This document shows positions 61,471 through 64,000 of a stretch of DNA of 64,000 bases, one piece after another. Position 1 is the first letter of the stretch; the number at the start of each line of letters is the position of its first letter. Origin of the DNA: Longimicrobiales bacterium. GTDB taxonomy: Bacteria > Gemmatimonadota > Gemmatimonadetes > Longimicrobiales > Gaopeijiaceae. The notes beneath the pieces were generated by a model that ran no database searches, had not been told where the DNA came from, and saw only the letters and a list, made by a program, of their open reading frames with translations. The translations under genes were made by a program, and so were the position numbers. The DNA lies in NCBI GenBank assembly GCA_965218295.1, contig CBDCKN010000015.1, positions 288,001-352,000 on the forward strand, in the 5' to 3' direction.

Positions 61471-62586
61471 GTGGACGACGGCTTCGAGAGCCTGTCGGAT
61501 GACCTGAAGGCGGCCTTTCAGGGCGGGGTTCTCGAGCCCTGGACGGATCAGTCCTTCGGCGAGTTCGCCCTCAGGGTCCTCGAGCACCAGCTTGAAACGA
61601 ACCCCATCTACTCGAGCTACTGCCGGAAGAGAGGTGTCACTCCGTCTACCCTGGGGGATTGGGAGGCGATTCCGCCGGTTCCTACGTCGGCGTTCAAAGT
61701 CGTTCCGCTGATCTCCGGCGATCCCTCGCGCGTTCAACGCGTCTTTCGGACCAGCGGAACCACACATGGCCCCCAGGACCGAGGAGAGCACCACGTCCTG
61801 GACTTGGGGCTCTACAGGGCTTCACTCATCCCGAATCTCGAGGCTCATCTGTACCCGGACAGCGTGAGACTGCGCCTTCTCGCGTTGGTGCCATCACCGG
61901 AGAGAGCGACGGACTCCTCCCTGAGCTTCATGCTGGGAGAGGCTCTGGAGGTGCTCTCGGTCGGAGACGGCGGCTTCTTCATGCGGCCGGAGGAGGGGCT
62001 GGACGTGGAAGGGCTTCGCCGGGCACTCACCGAGGCCACGGCGGAGGAGCAGCCCGTGCTGCTGGCGGGGACGGCGTTTGCCTTCGTTCACTGGCTCGAT
62101 GCCCTGGCCTATGCGGAGCATCGGTTCGAGCTTCCTCCGGGCTCCCGCGTACTCGAGACGGGGGGCTTCAAGGGGCGTTCTCGCACTCTGTCGCGGCCCG
62201 AGCTCTATGAGGCGCTCTCGACGGCTCACGGCGTGCCGATCCACCGCATCGTGAACGAATACGGCATGACGGAGCTGCTCTCGCAGTTCTACGAGCCCGC
62301 GCTGTCCGCTCCGCCGAAGTCCCTCGAAGGTCGGCGGCATGTTGCGCCGCCCTGGATGCGGACTCGCGTGCTGGACCCGACCACTCTCGAGTCTCTCCCT
62401 CCCGGCGAAGAGGGACTGCTGTGCCACTACGATCTGGCCAACGCCGGGTCCGTCATGGCCGTCCTGACTGAGGACATGGGCTCCGTCGACGCGGGGGGAG
62501 GGCTCTGTGTCGTTGGCCGCGCGGAGGGCGCCGAGCCCCGGGGCTGCTCCCTGGCTATGGACGAGCTCCTCTCTGGAGTTCGGTAG
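61471..62586 (+). CDS. LuxE-like acyl-protein synthetase
   Basis: FRTSGTT, ETGGFKGR, NEYGMTELLSQ, TEDMG, GRA.GAEPRGCS. Confidence 0.85.
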   Translation: MDDGFESLSDDLKAAFQGGVLEPWTDQSFGEFALRVLEHQLETNPIYSSYCRKRGVTPSTLGDWEAIPPVPTSAFKVVPLISGDPSRVQRVFRTSGTTHGPQDRGEHHVLDLGLYRASLIPNLEAHLYPDSVRLRLLALVPSPERATDSSLSFMLGEALEVLSVGDGGFFMRPEEGLDVEGLRRALTEATAEEQPVLLAGTAFAFVHWLDALAYAEHRFELPPGSRVLETGGFKGRSRTLSRPELYEALSTAHGVPIHRIVNEYGMTELLSQFYEPALSAPPKSLEGRRHVAPPWMRTRVLDPTTLESLPPGEEGLLCHYDLANAGSVMAVLTEDMGSVDAGGGLCVVGRAEGAEPRGCSLAMDELLSGVR

Positions 62587-62588
62587 GC

Positions 62589-63989
62589 ATGGCGACCCTC
62601 GACGCCGCCTTCTTCCCGACGGGATTTGCCCCCGGCGTCACGTGGGAGAAATTCGAAGTGGAGCCGGGGATCGAGGTCCGGTATCCAAGGCTCGAACCGT
62701 CCGAGTGGAGACGGCTGCTCGAGGCGCTCCGGGACGCCGGGAGAGCGCTGAGGGACCGACCCGTGCGCGAGTTGACCCAGAGCATCGGCCGGGCCGCTGA
62801 GCGATTTCTTGATCCGGAAGATCCGGTGCGCCTCGAGGCCCTGGAGTGGCTCGTCCCCACTGCGGGAATCTCGGCGAAGATGGCCGCAATGGTACTGACC
62901 GGCATGGCTCGGGATTGGACGGGCGACCGCTTGGCGGAGCTGTTGGAGCGAGAGTTGGGGGCTCCCGAGGTCCTCGACGACTTTCAACGACTCGACTCGG
63001 GGCGAACGGTTCACGCCACCGGACCGGCCCTCAGCTTTCATGTGGGTGCCGGAACCGTGCCCGGGGTGAGCGTCTCTTCGATGATCCGTGCGCTCCTGGT
63101 CAAATCGGCGGTCCTTTTGAAGCCCGGCAAGGGAGACGTCGCCCTCCCGGTTCTCTTCGCTCGGGCTATGGCGGATGAGGACCCGGAGCTGGCTCGCGGA
63201 GTGGCCGTGGCGTACTGGCCGGGAGGGGACAGCCCGGCAGAGGAGCTGGCGCTCGAGAGTGCCGAGGTGGTCGTGGCCTACGGGCGCAGCGAGTCGGTGG
63301 CGGCGCTGAGGGCTCGCACGCCGGTCACGTCCCGCTTCGTGCCGTACCACCACCGCGTGAGCGTGGGCGTCGTGGGACGAGACGCGCTGAGCTCAGACGG
63401 AGCCGCACGTGTGGCCGCGGACGCGGCCGCCGCAGTGTCGATATTCGACCAGCGAGGATGCGTGTCGCCTCACGTCCTGTACGTGGAGCGCGGAGGAGCC
63501 ACGGACCCCGGCGCTTGGGCGGTAACCCTCGCCGAGGCGATGGCCGGGGTCGAGCTGGAGCTTCCCGGTGGGCGTTTGACTCCGGAGGAGGCATCGTCGC
63601 TTCACCAGCTACGTGGGGCGGCCGAGCTCGAAGAGGCATCGGGGAGCGGGGTGCGGGTGTACCATGGGGACCGGGGATCCTGGACCGTGATCTACCAGGA
63701 GAGCCCCACCTTCACCCTCTCATGTCAGAATCGGTTGGTCTATGTGAAGCCGGTGTCGGACCTGGCCGAGGTCCCCGAGCTACTCTACGATCTCCGGCGT
63801 CACCTCCAGACCGTTGCCATCGCAGGAGCCGGAGCTCGGCGAGAGGCTCTCGCGACGGCCCTCGGCCGCGTCGGTGTGACCCGCGTCACCTCGTTCGAGG
63901 GTGCGCCCTGGCCTCCGCCCTGGTGGCATCACGATGGGGCGTCGGTCTTCGATGGGCTGATCAGGTGGATCGATCTCGAAGACGAGTGA
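62589..63989 (+). CDS. LuxC-like acyl-CoA reductase
   Basis: HVGAGTVPG, LLVKS, VVAYG, FDQRGCVSP catalytic Cys, HHDG. Confidence 0.87.
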   Translation: MATLDAAFFPTGFAPGVTWEKFEVEPGIEVRYPRLEPSEWRRLLEALRDAGRALRDRPVRELTQSIGRAAERFLDPEDPVRLEALEWLVPTAGISAKMAAMVLTGMARDWTGDRLAELLERELGAPEVLDDFQRLDSGRTVHATGPALSFHVGAGTVPGVSVSSMIRALLVKSAVLLKPGKGDVALPVLFARAMADEDPELARGVAVAYWPGGDSPAEELALESAEVVVAYGRSESVAALRARTPVTSRFVPYHHRVSVGVVGRDALSSDGAARVAADAAAAVSIFDQRGCVSPHVLYVERGGATDPGAWAVTLAEAMAGVELELPGGRLTPEEASSLHQLRGAAELEEASGSGVRVYHGDRGSWTVIYQESPTFTLSCQNRLVYVKPVSDLAEVPELLYDLRRHLQTVAIAGAGARREALATALGRVGVTRVTSFEGAPWPPPWWHHDGASVFDGLIRWIDLEDE

Positions 63990-64000
63990 TCTCTCTCACG

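Noticed and set aside
61471..63989. Bioluminescence operon
   Set aside because: No luxA, luxB or luxD in the window

Overview
High-GC bacterial chromosome window. Gene content suggests a diderm such as Gemmatimonadota, but that is inference. (1) 2.7-12.5 kb is a decaying accessory island. It holds intact NRPS helper genes (MbtH, Sfp-type PPTase, type II thioesterase, PIG-L deacetylase, methyltransferase) with no NRPS core, a 3' tRNA-Pro fragment resembling an att site, and broken glycan-modification genes. (2) 13.5-21.1 kb is a caa3-type cytochrome c oxidase operon whose ctaG is separated from it by a SAM-riboswitch metX-metB cassette. (3) 21.5-37.7 kb is the best candidate for an undescribed system, a ~16 kb minus-strand respiratory cluster. 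It encodes a ferredoxin, an Mrp/ApbC ATPase, three proteins carrying four PCP_red-like domains (Zn-ribbon protein, tandem-USP fusion, SPASM radical SAM), a CydA-like protein without Q-loop or CydB, three c-type cytochromes (5 CxxCH), a cupredoxin-like lipoprotein and a second complete A1 heme-copper oxidase. (4) 38-64 kb is mostly housekeeping: PhzF-like, VWA/AAA pair, mutY, ETF-QO, ggt, lon with an acidic repeat insert, a UGA-containing selenoprotein SelD, ygfZ, arsC, skp, ypdA, D-aminoacylase and a luxE-luxC pair without luciferase. A CTAG-ended MITE-like element and a chain of ATGA-overlapping mini-ORFs were also found. All calls come from reading motifs by eye; no database searches were run.
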